Assembly: GCA_963803805.1 (NCBI GenBank)
Contig: CAWDOD010000002.1
Span: 736,001-800,000, forward strand
Direction: 5' to 3'
DNA length: 64,000 nucleotides
Source of the DNA: an uncultured cyanobacterium
Lineage (GTDB): Bacteria; Cyanobacteriota; Cyanobacteriia; Cyanobacteriales; CAWCAG01
Positions 40,765 to 51,891 of the stretch are shown one piece after another. Numbering within the stretch: the first letter of the stretch is position 1; each line of letters starts with the position of its first letter. The notes under the pieces are model-generated. The model ran no database searches and had not been told where the DNA came from. It was given only the letters and a program-made list of their open reading frames with translations. The translations under genes were made by a program, and so were the position numbers.

Positions 40765-41301
40765 TTAGTTGCAATCACAAGTTGCTGTACTATCTGTGGG
40801 TCGCAAACGGGTTACTTTAAGAGAGAATGTACCACCACCAGTTTCTCCAAAAGCTTTAACCCGAACAACATATTTGCCTGTTTCTGCAATTCTGGAAAAT
40901 AACAAAGAATTAGTACTACCATCTGGACCATCATCATTTTCTCCTACAGCCGAACCATCATCAGCAATTAAGGTAATGACTGTATCAAACTCTTCAGAAA
41001 TAAGGTCTATAGCAACTTGATCTCCTTTCTGTAAATCTACCAAATAATCTCGAAAAAAACCGCCATCACCTGTAGGGATATCTTTTTCTGAAAGCCGATC
41101 AGAAATTTCATTGCTTTGAGGTATGGGAATAGGGGCATAGCTGCTTTGTGCTTGAGTTGGTTTGATTTTCATTCCCAAGGTTAGGAAGACGGTTCCCATC
41201 AACAAAGTTGAGTACCAGCAGAGATTAGAGGATTTGATCATGGAGAATAATATTAGGTGATACCATTTATCATTAAACATTAAACATTTATCATCGACCA
41301 T
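40765..41301 (-). CDS. Secreted pre-peptidase C-terminal (PPC) domain protein; true start probably about 41241
   Basis: Signal-like segment, GDQVAIDL.SEEFD, ENDDG, G.Y.V.V..F. Confidence 0.8.
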   Translation of the reverse strand: MVDDKCLMFNDKWYHLILFSMIKSSNLCWYSTLLMGTVFLTLGMKIKPTQAQSSYAPIPIPQSNEISDRLSEKDIPTGDGGFFRDYLVDLQKGDQVAIDLISEEFDTVITLIADDGSAVGENDDGPDGSTNSLLFSRIAETGKYVVRVKAFGETGGGTFSLKVTRLRPTDSTATCDCN

Positions 41302-41318
41302 AGTTCACTTCACACTAA

Positions 41319-41428
41319 TAGACATCTCCGATAATTAAAAATCCAATCAATTCTCATACCGAAATTATCAATTCTTACCACTGTTCCCTGTTCCCCGTTC
41401 CCCGTTCCCTCTTTTCCGGAGATGTCTA
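41319..41428. mobile_element. 110-bp MITE-like element with TA-ended terminal inverted repeats
   Basis: TAGACATCTCCG ... CGGAGATGTCTA; internal (GTTCCCC)n heptamers. Confidence 0.65.
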
Positions 41429-41522
41429 ATAGATTCTGCTCAACAAGCCAGTATATTAACGGAAGCTAATAAGACAGGTAAGATATAATCCAAAGTTGGC
41501 CATCTTAGTTCCGCAATAATTT

Positions 41523-41891
41523 ATGACACCACAAGAATTAATTCTTCTTCTCTTATCAATATCAATTAGTGCTTTAGGACAGTTTTGTTTAAAGCTAGGG
41601 GCCCTCAAGTTAGGGAAAGTTACTGCTAATAATATGGTTAGTCATGTTCTCAGTATTGCTACCACCCCAGAATTAGTTGCTGGTTTGGTTTGTTATGGAT
41701 TAGGGGCAATTTTTTATATTATGTTGCTTACCCGCGTTAAGCTTAGCGTGGTTGGCCCTTCAGCTTCCTTAATCTATATTTTTTCGGTTTTACTAGGTTA
41801 TTTTGCTTTCAACGAAACTATTCCTGTTAGTCGTCTATTTGGGCTAGGTTTCATTGTTTGTGGTGTGGTTTTAGTAGTTTGGCAACAGTAA
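41523..41891 (+). CDS. Small DMT/EamA/SMR-like membrane transporter
   Basis: 122 aa, four hydrophobic helices, GQ..LK.G and F.E....R..G motifs. Confidence 0.8.
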   Translation: MTPQELILLLLSISISALGQFCLKLGALKLGKVTANNMVSHVLSIATTPELVAGLVCYGLGAIFYIMLLTRVKLSVVGPSASLIYIFSVLLGYFAFNETIPVSRLFGLGFIVCGVVLVVWQQ

Positions 41892-42068
41892 TTTCTTGAC
41901 ATACTAGTAGTACGTCTAGATTAATAGGCATAATTTTCTCAAACCTGCGCGGCTAAACACCGATCTGGTATTACTAGTTTAAGAACTGTCACATTAATTC
42001 TTTTTTGTACGGATTTAGGATGAAAAAGACTGCATTAGTGAATGAAGCGTCTCATAGGAGTGTTCGCT

Positions 42069-42293
42069 ATGCAAATTCAGGGTTCGGTTTTATTAACAAG
42101 CTTATTAGTTACTGGTTTGGTTAGTCATTACCATCAAGCAGAATATCAGCAGCAAATGCCAACACAATTTGAGACTCATAAACAAGGAATTCTTGCTCAA
42201 AATGAACAGCAAGGTAGTAATTCTCGTGGTGATGGCCGTCGGGGTGAGGATCAAGGGAAGGAGAAGAAGCAGGAACATCGTCATCAAACTTAA
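42069..42293 (+). CDS. Small PatX-like protein with RGDGRR motif
   Basis: AGGAG RBS before ATG 42069; hydrophobic N-terminus SVLLTSLLVTGL; hydrophilic tail with RGDGRR. Confidence 0.55.
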   Translation: MQIQGSVLLTSLLVTGLVSHYHQAEYQQQMPTQFETHKQGILAQNEQQGSNSRGDGRRGEDQGKEKKQEHRHQT

Positions 42294-42302
42294 AGGATAG
42301 AG

Positions 42303-43349
42303 TTACTCCTCATGGTCAAATCCCATAGATTGCAACATATTTTTTCTTCGCTTACGGGCAATTTCTTGGAGATCAATAATTCTATCTGTTTCATCAACTA
42401 TCTCTCCTGTGAGTACCTCAAGTACATCTTCTAAGGTGACAACTCCTGAGACACCGCCATACTCATCAAGGACAACAAAGAGATGTTCATGGGTAGATTG
42501 AAAAGTTTTCAGTAGTTTATCTGCCCTAACTGTTTCTGGTACGTAATGGACGGGACGAACTAAATTAGCAATTTGGCGATCGCTCTCATCTTCTACCATA
42601 GCAGCAAGTAAATCTTGCTTTAAGGCTACGCCAATTACTCGATCTAAAGAGTCTTCTACCACAATGATCCGGGTATGCTGAGAGTTTAGGACTTTGTCTT
42701 TGGCCTCTTTAAGGGTTAATTCCCCTCGCAAATAGGTAACAATTACCCTTGGTGTCATTAGGTTCGCAGCATTGAGATCATTCAGTTGAAAGACACGCTG
42801 AATCATTTCTGCTTCGTCGTCTTCAATGACTCCTTCTTGATAACCGATTCTAGCTAAAAATCGAATTTCTGCTTCGTTAGTGGTAGGGAGTTTTGTTCCT
42901 TTAATGAAGGGAGATGTTACTTGTTCCATTAACCACACTAAAGGAGTGAAGAGGAAAGTTAGCCCTTTAACAGGAATGGCCACAAAAAGAGCTATATGGT
43001 GAGCATAGCGTTCTCCTAAAGTTTTAGGAATTATTTCAGCAAATACAATAATTAAAAAGGTTAATACTGCCGAAAATAGCCCTAACCAAGCATCTCCTAA
43101 TTCTTGAGTTGCTAAACTGCCAATAACAATACTGCCAATAATATTGAAGGTATTGTTAAGGATGACAATAGTAGCTATAGGACGATTTATCCTTTGCCGG
43201 ATTGCTAAAAGGGCTAAGGTGGCAGGTTGTTTAGACTGGGCTAATTGGCGAACTTTAACTGTAGATATAGATAGTAAAGCAGTTTCTGCACAAGAACAGA
43301 TGGCCGAACCTGAGAGAACAATAAGGACAGTAATGAAAATCTCAAGCAT
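42303..43349 (-). CDS. CNNM/CorB (DUF21 + CBS) hemolysin-family membrane protein
   Basis: S..ETAL, EIIPKT, MTPR, VVLDEYGG..GVVTLED..E...GEI.DE. Confidence 0.92.
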   Translation of the reverse strand: MLEIFITVLIVLSGSAICSCAETALLSISTVKVRQLAQSKQPATLALLAIRQRINRPIATIVILNNTFNIIGSIVIGSLATQELGDAWLGLFSAVLTFLIIVFAEIIPKTLGERYAHHIALFVAIPVKGLTFLFTPLVWLMEQVTSPFIKGTKLPTTNEAEIRFLARIGYQEGVIEDDEAEMIQRVFQLNDLNAANLMTPRVIVTYLRGELTLKEAKDKVLNSQHTRIIVVEDSLDRVIGVALKQDLLAAMVEDESDRQIANLVRPVHYVPETVRADKLLKTFQSTHEHLFVVLDEYGGVSGVVTLEDVLEVLTGEIVDETDRIIDLQEIARKRRKNMLQSMGFDHEE

Positions 43350-43475
43350 GGGGATGGCAACAGAGGTTAGGCGAAACTGATGGAGAATGGGAAGTTGGTT
43401 TACTTCCTTTATCTTCCCATCTCATCAATTGCTAGTATCAGTTATTATTGCCATGGTGTGCTAGTTAATTATTGC

Positions 43476-43901
43476 TTATTTGCTGTCTTGTGCTTCTTTC
43501 TTTTGAGCAGAACCTTGGCTTCCTAGTTGAATCAATTCAATTTTATAACCATTAGGGTCTTCGACAAAGGCTATTACCGTTGAACCGTGTTTCATTGGCC
43601 CTGGTTCCCTAGTAATTCTACCTCCTCGCACTCTAATTTGAGCGCAGGTATCATAAATATTATCTACTCCAAGGGCAAGATGTCCAAAACCATCACCAAG
43701 TTCATAACTATCTACCCCCCAGTTATGGGTTAGTTCAATGACACTATGTTCCGACTCGTCGCCATATCCCACAAAGGCTAAGGTGAATTCGCCGCCGGGA
43801 TAGTCTTTTTGACGGAGTAATTTCATACCTAAAACGTCGCAGTAGAATTTCACCGATTCTTCTAAGTTGCCAACCCTAATCATGGTATGTAGCATTCGCA
43901 T
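43476..43901 (-). CDS. gloA: Lactoylglutathione lyase (glyoxalase I)
   Basis: [30 protein letters not shown]. Confidence 0.96.
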   Translation of the reverse strand: MRMLHTMIRVGNLEESVKFYCDVLGMKLLRQKDYPGGEFTLAFVGYGDESEHSVIELTHNWGVDSYELGDGFGHLALGVDNIYDTCAQIRVRGGRITREPGPMKHGSTVIAFVEDPNGYKIELIQLGSQGSAQKKEAQDSK

Positions 43902-44009
43902 AGTTTTATACTCTCCGTTTTTATTATTAATTGTCAGCGATACAATTATTTAGTCTAGCTTGCAAAAATGACTACAGTAGATTAAGGCTAAATTGAACAT
44001 TTTAAATGC

Positions 44010-45695
44010 GTGAAATCCCTTCGTCTTTACTTCCTCAACTGGCATATTTTTTGGAGTTTTATTTTGCTTCTTGCGGTGTTTTGGTCATTGCAAGTTGGCG
44101 GCATTTTTCAAGGTAATTTAATTAATCTCGGAGGCATTACCTTAGTTTTACGCTTTCTCCGTGCAGGTATTTCTCCTAAAATTAGTCCTGACTTTTTGCT
44201 TCTGACTTTAAAAGCAACATTAACCACCTTAGCTTTTGCTACCTGCGGGACTTTTTTTAGCTTACTTATTGGTGTTGTGGGAGGGGTATTTTCTTCTCAA
44301 GTTTGGTGGCATTCTTTATTACCTAATAATTCTATAGTTCCTTGGTTATTAGTAAGAAGTCTTTTAGCAATACCTCGCTCAATTCATGAAGCAATTTGGG
44401 GCTTATTTTTCGTTAACATTTTTGGCTTAGATCCTCTAGTAGCCATAAGTGCGATCGCCCTTCCTTTTGGAGCCATTACGGCTAAGGTTTTTGCCGAAAT
44501 TTTAGATGAAACACCCCCCCAAGCTTTACATAGTTTATTAGGTAGTGGTGTTTCTCCTTTATCAGCTTTTTTTTATAGTATAATTCCTCAAGCTTTTCTC
44601 AATCTTCTTTCCTACACTTTCTATCGTTTTGAGTGTTCTATTCGTTCTGCTGCGGTGTTAGGGATTATTGGTGCAGGAGGATTAGGTTATGAAATTTTAC
44701 TTAGTTTGCAAGCCCTAAATTACGAGCAAATGTGGACTTTTTTAATTGCTTTAATTATTTTAACTGGTAGTGTTGATTTATGGAGTTCTTTGTTGCGTCG
44801 CGGTTTGGATGCCCCTTCTCGCTTGGATTTGCATCTTCTAAGTTCAGTAAAGAGAAATGATAACACCGAAAAAACAAAAACTTTTAGTAAAGGCAAATCT
44901 TACTTAATTAACGCCTCTGCTATTGGTGTAGTTATCTTAATGATTTTTTCTTTTTGGTACATTAGAGCAGATTTTTCTCAACTTTATTCTTCTCGTACTA
45001 TTAGTAATCTTAGTAACCTAGTCAAAGAAGCCTTTCCACCGAATTTTAGCTGGCTATCTTACCTTTGGGAACTCTCTCAACAAACCTTAGCTATGTCGAT
45101 TTTAGCAATAGTTATAGCTGGTTGCGGAGGCATCTTACTTTCTTTTGCTGCTGCTAATAACTTATTCCTATCAGGAGGAGTATTCAACCCAGTTAAAAAC
45201 CAGAAAATACTCTTTCTTTTCCTATTAATTACTACTCGTTTAATTTTACTTGTAGCCAGGGCTATTCCTGAACCAATTTGGGCGCTAATTTTTCTTTTTG
45301 TCTTCTTTCCAGGCATTTTACCCGGTGCGATCGCTCTGGGTTTACATAATTTAGGTATCCTAGGACGTTTAATGGCAGAGGTAATAGAAAATCTTGAGCA
45401 ACAACCCTTAAAATCTCTCTCTGCTTTGGGGGCAACATCAGGACAAGTTTTTCTCTATGGGATTTTACCCCTAACTTTACCTCGCTTTCTTGCTTATATT
45501 CTTTACCGTTGGGAAGTTTGTATCCGTGCCACTGTTATTGTCGGTTTAGTAGGGGCAGGAGGGTTAGGTAGGTTATTAACAGAGCAATTAAGTAATTTCG
45601 ATTACCCTAGTGTTGTTACTATTTTGATAGTGTTTATAGTACTTACTTCTATTGTTGATATTATTAGTACTTCAGTAAGGCAAACTTTGAGATAA
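44010..45695 (+). CDS. PhnE/PtxC-family ABC permease with two fused permease domains
   Basis: Two repeats: YRFECSIRSAAVLGIIGAGGLG and YRWEVCIRATVIVGLVGAGGLG. Confidence 0.88.
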   Translation: MKSLRLYFLNWHIFWSFILLLAVFWSLQVGGIFQGNLINLGGITLVLRFLRAGISPKISPDFLLLTLKATLTTLAFATCGTFFSLLIGVVGGVFSSQVWWHSLLPNNSIVPWLLVRSLLAIPRSIHEAIWGLFFVNIFGLDPLVAISAIALPFGAITAKVFAEILDETPPQALHSLLGSGVSPLSAFFYSIIPQAFLNLLSYTFYRFECSIRSAAVLGIIGAGGLGYEILLSLQALNYEQMWTFLIALIILTGSVDLWSSLLRRGLDAPSRLDLHLLSSVKRNDNTEKTKTFSKGKSYLINASAIGVVILMIFSFWYIRADFSQLYSSRTISNLSNLVKEAFPPNFSWLSYLWELSQQTLAMSILAIVIAGCGGILLSFAAANNLFLSGGVFNPVKNQKILFLFLLITTRLILLVARAIPEPIWALIFLFVFFPGILPGAIALGLHNLGILGRLMAEVIENLEQQPLKSLSALGATSGQVFLYGILPLTLPRFLAYILYRWEVCIRATVIVGLVGAGGLGRLLTEQLSNFDYPSVVTILIVFIVLTSIVDIISTSVRQTLR

Positions 45696-45789
45696 ATCTA
45701 GTTGTAATGACCTGGATGTTGAATATTTTCAAAAGTTGATTTGTTGATAAACTAGTATGTGCATCTAGTCTACCTAGAAAGAGATATTG

Positions 45790-46695
45790 CTATGAACAAA
45801 AACTGTCGTATTCAGAAATTTTAATTTTAGTTTCTTGGGCAAGACACATAGCAATTCCTTTTTCATAGTAAGCAACTTCATTAATAAAAAGCGGCCAAAC
45901 AGTTTCTTGACCTTCATAAAATATTGTTTTCCCCTCAAAGGTTAGAAATATAGGCTCTCCTGGTTGAAGCTTTTGATAATCTTTATTCTCAAGTTGAGGA
46001 TGAATCATTGCTTGGATTTCTCCTGCCTTATTCTTAGGATAATCAATAGTTCTTAAATGCTGGTAGATAGTTAACTCCTGATCTATTTTTGGTAAAAAAC
46101 CTTGGTTGTATTTATCTAAGTAGTCTAGAACATGATGAACTAAATTTTCTGTTTTTTGAAGCATAGTAGCTTTGAGAGTCCCCGGTACAATTGGCCCTAA
46201 TTCAAGAGAAAAACCTAATTCGCATAAGGAATTAAGGAAAGGGTTTTCCTGGGTTTTTTCTGTCCAATAATAAACTTTTAATTTGGGTTCTATCAGGCTT
46301 AAATAAGCAGCTAACCTAAGATTAAAAGGATGCTGATTTACTAAAATTATTGTTAATCCCATGTTGGCACTACTACTATGTAAATCCAAGATAAAATCAG
46401 CTTGAGAACTACCTTGAAAACCGATGGTTTGATGAATGATTTTCGCTCTTTTCTCTTCGTAGGTACTTAGGGCAGGATTATGTAAGTCTTGGGTGACAAA
46501 GCAGCGATTCAGGTCTTTATCAAGATACCTTCTAGCTGCTTGAAAAGCTCTGGGGTTAGCTAATATTGCTTGGGTTTGGAAACTTTTTCTGTTGATTAAC
46601 TCAGGGAAATTATCAAACTTCTTTACTAAGTAGATCCCAGTAAATTCATTGCCGTGAGTTCCCCCGACAACGGCAACTCTATCGATATTTACCAT
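45790..46695 (-). CDS. Aspartoacylase
   Basis: GGTHGNE, DLNR, DLHS, FINE.AYYEK. Confidence 0.92.
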   Translation of the reverse strand: MVNIDRVAVVGGTHGNEFTGIYLVKKFDNFPELINRKSFQTQAILANPRAFQAARRYLDKDLNRCFVTQDLHNPALSTYEEKRAKIIHQTIGFQGSSQADFILDLHSSSANMGLTIILVNQHPFNLRLAAYLSLIEPKLKVYYWTEKTQENPFLNSLCELGFSLELGPIVPGTLKATMLQKTENLVHHVLDYLDKYNQGFLPKIDQELTIYQHLRTIDYPKNKAGEIQAMIHPQLENKDYQKLQPGEPIFLTFEGKTIFYEGQETVWPLFINEVAYYEKGIAMCLAQETKIKISEYDSFCS

Positions 46696-47075
46696 TGATG
46701 ACTATAACTCCTGTTTAGCTGTACTTGATTCAAAATTTTCTTTTGATTGTCTACTATTTCACTAAAAAGAGATATTCTCAGGATAAGAACCTTTTTAAGA
46801 TAATTTTCTTTTCAATTAATCAATAGTTGATACTAAAAAAAATGCTCCTTTAGTTATAAATTTAGCGACTTCTCTAAAAAAATGGAGAATATACGGAAAA
46901 ACAACTTGTCTAAGCTATTTTATTATCCTTGAGCTTAACTAGTTAAATTTACAAACTTCAGTATTACTAATAAATCTTGTTTACTCTCAAGGAAAAATAA
47001 AAAAAGTGTCAGTATTAACTAAGCTATTTACTATATTCACATTTCCAAGAGAATCATTATATTAAATTGTCATTT

Positions 47076-49373
47076 TTAGGGAATAGCTAAAGTTGTATCT
47101 TCTATCCTTCGGTGTAAATCAGGAGTAACTTGACAATCGCTTTGCAGACATTTGATGAGAAATTGATTAGTATCATAGTACTTTTGTAGTAATTCTTCTT
47201 GTTGAAGAGTAAACTGCCATTCATAACCAATTTGTCTGTATTCTATTAATAAATCTCTAAATTTGCTTACCCATTCTGTACCATTGCTATACCACCAGTT
47301 CTGGAGATTTTCTTTGCCTATTTCTAAATCAGGTAGTTCTTTCTTCAAAACTTGGAGTGCTTCTTGTAACTGCTCTTCCATCTTAAAATTGCGTTCTAAA
47401 TCTAAAGCAAAACCCAAATTAATAATATTTTTAAGCTCAGGATTTTTAATCAAGATTAAGCTTATACGAAAAGCACGAGCTAAAGCTAAATCCAAAGCTA
47501 ATTCGGGAGATAAATCAGAAGCTAAATTAGGGTCTAAAGATAAAGCTAAATTCAAATCTCGATCATCAAAAAGAGTAAAATAAAAAGCCCTCACTGCTCC
47601 TAAATGGTAAGATACATCTAAGCTATTAACCTTTTTGTTGAGAGATATAATGAAAGTTTTTAGTTCTTCTTTTCCTAGTAAGATTTTATCAACCTCTTTC
47701 TTCATTGCTTGCAAAAGAAAATCTGCATTGGGTAGCATACTTGCCGTTAGCAAAATAACTTCTTGCCATTGCGGATTAGTGGTATGACTAGTAAGGGTAG
47801 TCAAAGACTTTTCTGGTGTCTCTTCTTTGAAGTTAGCAACGATTTTTCTGGCAGTAAGATACTCTTGAAAAGTTAAATGAGAAAAAGAATAAATATCCCT
47901 AGCTCTTTCTACCAGTAAACCATGTTGCAATTCAATGGCTGTCAGAATCGCCTCGCTGTCTAGCCACAAAGTTTCTGGATCTGGGTTACTATTAGGTAAA
48001 CTAGCTAAATGATTGCTAATAATATCGAGGATTTCACTCTTTTCAAAAAAGAAACTACCTCGTTCAAAGTTTGTAGCAGCAATTTGGCTGAGAAGCTTAA
48101 TTTTATCAGCCAAGGATAGGTTACGGTAAGCTTTATCTCTTTGAATTCCCCTTGCTTGGTCCCAACGTACCAAAAGAATATCCAAACCTGCTTGATAAAG
48201 TTTAGAACGTTTAGTGGGAAAGGTTGCTCTTTCTTGAAATACAGAGCAAATTAAACTTAATAGAATAGGTGTAGCAACCAATTCTCTAATTGGTTGATTT
48301 TCCTGAGATTCTAACTGTTCAAAAAACTTCTTAGTTAAAACAAGTCCTTCTGTTTCAGAACCAATAGAGTTGGTAACAAACCACTTTTGAGCAAAGGTTC
48401 TAATTTGTGTCGAATCAAAGTCAGCAATTTCTACATAATTAAACCCTCTAAAATAATATTGTTGGGCGGCGATACGACAAGTAATAATAATTTGGTTTTG
48501 ATAGTAGTTATTGGCGAAGAGATCAATTTCTTTTAAAACTTCCTGACTGTATTCTTTAGGAACTTCATCTAATCCATCTAAAAGTACTAAAATCTTGCCT
48601 TTTTGAAGGAGAATATCTACTTGTTCTAGAGTAACTTGACAACTATTCCAACTGCGAGTGATATAGTTTAAAAAACTAAAATCTTCTTCATCTTTGGTTT
48701 GGGCTACAAAATTGCGAAGCTGAATAAAAACGGGTATGCAATCATCCTTATATTCACCTTTACTACATTGAATAGCTAAATGTTGTAAAAAAGTGGTTTT
48801 ACCAGCTCCCGGCTTACCTAAAATCATCAACTTAGCACTATCGGTAGCTGCTTGAATACCTGCTACTACCTGCTGATTTTTTGAGGTTAACCGAGGACGT
48901 TCCACCTGTGGGTGAGAATCTTGCAAATCAGATACTTCTAACCACCTTTGATTAGTAAGATGGGGCAGAATGTTAACGCTAGTGTAAATAGAATCTAGCA
49001 ACAAAGGCTGAGTCATATCAAAAGATGACTGCAAAATGCCACATTGAGCTTGAATTTGCTCCTTAGTTTGGGATCGCAAAGTTGCTACCCAATTTTCAAC
49101 TCCGGCATGGTTATCTAACCCAGTAGAGGGAGGTAGAGATTCAACCTCCGGAGGTAAATCAGCGATAGATTGCCATTCAAGATCCAATTGGAAGCAAATA
49201 TCAACAAAAAGATGCCTTTCAATCGGTCTGCCTGTAAAAAACTTCCAGATGGATTGACGAGTAGATAAGCCCACTTCTGCGGCTAAATACTCCTGAGTCC
49301 AGCCTTTTCTCTGAAAAGCTTTCTTGGCTCTAGTAATACCTTCTGGGGATGCTTTAAGCGATCGCTTAGCCAT
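47076..49373 (-). CDS. HTH-NACHT NTPase
   Basis: N-terminal XRE-like HTH (WTQEYLAAEVGL), Walker A GKPGAGKTT, Walker B LLDGLDE, FSHLTFQEY. Confidence 0.9.
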   Translation of the reverse strand: MAKRSLKASPEGITRAKKAFQRKGWTQEYLAAEVGLSTRQSIWKFFTGRPIERHLFVDICFQLDLEWQSIADLPPEVESLPPSTGLDNHAGVENWVATLRSQTKEQIQAQCGILQSSFDMTQPLLLDSIYTSVNILPHLTNQRWLEVSDLQDSHPQVERPRLTSKNQQVVAGIQAATDSAKLMILGKPGAGKTTFLQHLAIQCSKGEYKDDCIPVFIQLRNFVAQTKDEEDFSFLNYITRSWNSCQVTLEQVDILLQKGKILVLLDGLDEVPKEYSQEVLKEIDLFANNYYQNQIIITCRIAAQQYYFRGFNYVEIADFDSTQIRTFAQKWFVTNSIGSETEGLVLTKKFFEQLESQENQPIRELVATPILLSLICSVFQERATFPTKRSKLYQAGLDILLVRWDQARGIQRDKAYRNLSLADKIKLLSQIAATNFERGSFFFEKSEILDIISNHLASLPNSNPDPETLWLDSEAILTAIELQHGLLVERARDIYSFSHLTFQEYLTARKIVANFKEETPEKSLTTLTSHTTNPQWQEVILLTASMLPNADFLLQAMKKEVDKILLGKEELKTFIISLNKKVNSLDVSYHLGAVRAFYFTLFDDRDLNLALSLDPNLASDLSPELALDLALARAFRISLILIKNPELKNIINLGFALDLERNFKMEEQLQEALQVLKKELPDLEIGKENLQNWWYSNGTEWVSKFRDLLIEYRQIGYEWQFTLQQEELLQKYYDTNQFLIKCLQSDCQVTPDLHRRIEDTTLAIP

Positions 49374-49525
49374 TAATCTATCTGGATTCCTCTCTAAACA
49401 GAGCTAAGAAGTTTATTCCTTCTTATATCCATAATATTCCCCATTTAAGTTGATCGTAGATAGGGTAATTGCTTCAATTAAACTAATTAGGGTTGCCCCA
49501 GGGCATTTTCTGACACTAACTTTGA

Positions 49526-49747
49526 TCAACTAATCAGTTGATCACTATTTAACTTATTGGTAATATCCAAAGCACCATCTTGAATATACTGTATGTACTT
49601 CAGGCGTTTTTCTTCAGACCAAGTTTCACCATGATTTTTAAGCAGTTCGGCAGAAGATAAGATTTTGGTCAAAGGAGTACGCAGTTCGTGATGAAAATTG
49701 GTCAAAAACTTTACCAGATCGGTTTCGATCGGCTCTTCATCCTTCAT
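49526..49747 (-). CDS. Stand-alone HisKA (phospho-acceptor) domain protein
   Basis: FLTNFHHELRTPLTKILSSAELL; no ATPase domain. Confidence 0.7.
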   Translation of the reverse strand: MKDEEPIETDLVKFLTNFHHELRTPLTKILSSAELLKNHGETWSEEKRLKYIQYIQDGALDITNKLNSDQLIS

Positions 49748-49907
49748 TTTTTTTTTATATTTCTAGTGGTATTAGTCATTTTTAGCTGTTAACTTGGCTA
49801 TTAGGCATCTGTCCTAAAGTCTAGATACTTAGAACTTTTGATACAACTTGAGGATTACTTACAAATACGCAGATAGAGAATGATTTGAAGCTAATACTAA
49901 ACCGGGT

Positions 49908-51755
49908 TTAGTTGTGGGGAGCAGGGAGCAGGGAGGGGGGAGAAGTTGGTATCACATTGCCTTTTGCTAAACGCTTTTTAATCGTCCCTAAAACATCTTC
50001 TAACTGTACATCCTTAGACTCTTTCGTTGCCCTTTCTACTAACTCCACCTTGCCTTCTTGTAAAGAGCGTCCGGTAACAAGGCGATAGGGAATGCCAATT
50101 AAATCTGCATCTTTAAACTTAACCCCTGCCCTTTCTTGGCGATCATCGAGTAGGGTTTCTATACCAGCTTGATTCAACTCCTCATATAACCTTTGCGCTG
50201 CTGCCATTTGCTGTTCGTTATTAATATTAGGAACGGTAATAATTACGTGATAAGGTGCGATCGCTACGGGCCAAATAATGCCATCTTTGTCATAGGATTG
50301 TTCTACTGCTGCTTGTGCTAAACGGGAAACCCCCACGCCATAACAACCCATCCATAAAGGAAAAGACTTTCCCTCTTCATTGGTATAGGTTGCACCCATA
50401 GCCTCAGAGTATTTTGTTCCCAACTGAAATATATGCCCTACCTCAATTCCCCTAGCACTTTGAAGGATTTGTTTGGGGTTATGAATAGCGCGATCTCCTA
50501 CTGTTGCTTTACGCAGGTCTATCACCGATTCCGGCAGGGTAAATTCTGCCCCCCAATTTGCCCCCACAACGTGATGCCCTAGTTCATTTGCTCCGGTAAC
50601 GAAGTTTTTGACCTCAACAACGGTTTGGTCTGCTAGACGCAAAAATTCACTAGCAAAATTCTCTACTTTTTTGATGTAATCATCCTTCAGATCCGGGGCA
50701 ATGTAACCTAAAGGTAGGGGTTGAGCAGCCCATTTTCTTTGAGCATTTTCATCAGGTACATTAAGAGCAAGAATTGTATTGGCGTTGTAGTTTCCAGCTA
50801 ATTTAACCAATTCATTTTGCAACTTCACTTCATTAACATCCTGATCGCCACGAATGCTAACTAAAACCAATACCGTCATGCCGTTATCATAAACAGTTTC
50901 ATACAAAACATTTTTAATTGCTACTGTAGGAGAACAACCTAAAAAGTCGCACATAGTAGCAATGGTGGCTGTGTTAGGAGTTTCTCGCTTCTCGTAGCTA
51001 GTAAAAGGAGATGCTTCTATTTCTGGAGGTAAAGAAGTTGCCTTTTCCACATTAGCGGCATAGTTGCCATCTTCTGTGTAGAGGACTTCATCTTCCCCTG
51101 CTTCTGCTAAAACCATAAATTCTTGGGAACCAGAACCGCCAATGGCTCCAGAGTCTGCTTCCACAGCCCGAAAAGCTAAACCAGAGCGGGTAAGCATATT
51201 ACGATAGGCCCTATCCATAGCTTGGTAAGTTTCTTTCAAACTCTCCTCATCACTATGGAAAGAATAGCCATCTTTCATAATAAATTCTCGCCCTCGCATT
51301 AGACCAAAACGAGGTCGAATTTCATCACGGAATTTAGTTTGAATTTGATAAAGGTGGAGGGGTAGCTGGCGGTAGGAACGGATTGTATCTTTAGCAATGG
51401 TGGTGATAACTTCTTCATGGGTGGGGCCTAATGCTAATTGTCGCTCCTGCCTATCGGTAAGGGAAAACATAATCCCTTCCGCTTTAGTATAGGTATCCCA
51501 ACGCCCTGATTCTTGCCACAATTCTGAGGGTTGCAGTTGGGGTAACAAGCATTCTTGCGCCCCAGTAGCATTCATTTCTTCCCGAACAATTTGAGAGACT
51601 TTTTGCAACACCCGCCACATTAAGGGTAAGTAAGCATAAACGCCACTACCAATGCGACGAATATAACCTGCCCGAAGCAAAAGCTTATGGCTAGGAATTT
51701 CTGCTTCCCTTGGTGCTTCTCGCAGGGTGACAAACAGCATTTGAGACAGTCGCAT
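49908..51755 (-). CDS. proS: Proline--tRNA ligase
   Basis: [35 protein letters not shown]. Confidence 0.97.
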   Translation of the reverse strand: MRLSQMLFVTLREAPREAEIPSHKLLLRAGYIRRIGSGVYAYLPLMWRVLQKVSQIVREEMNATGAQECLLPQLQPSELWQESGRWDTYTKAEGIMFSLTDRQERQLALGPTHEEVITTIAKDTIRSYRQLPLHLYQIQTKFRDEIRPRFGLMRGREFIMKDGYSFHSDEESLKETYQAMDRAYRNMLTRSGLAFRAVEADSGAIGGSGSQEFMVLAEAGEDEVLYTEDGNYAANVEKATSLPPEIEASPFTSYEKRETPNTATIATMCDFLGCSPTVAIKNVLYETVYDNGMTVLVLVSIRGDQDVNEVKLQNELVKLAGNYNANTILALNVPDENAQRKWAAQPLPLGYIAPDLKDDYIKKVENFASEFLRLADQTVVEVKNFVTGANELGHHVVGANWGAEFTLPESVIDLRKATVGDRAIHNPKQILQSARGIEVGHIFQLGTKYSEAMGATYTNEEGKSFPLWMGCYGVGVSRLAQAAVEQSYDKDGIIWPVAIAPYHVIITVPNINNEQQMAAAQRLYEELNQAGIETLLDDRQERAGVKFKDADLIGIPYRLVTGRSLQEGKVELVERATKESKDVQLEDVLGTIKKRLAKGNVIPTSPPSLLPAPHN

Positions 51756-51891
51756 TACTTACTTACCTTATCTGTACCGAAGAATGATTATTTCATTCAG
51801 TCTATGGCATTAAGGAAGTTATACAAAATCTAACTTTGATAGACTACTATATATTCTCTTAAAAGAGATGATTAAGTTAAAATAACCTTGG

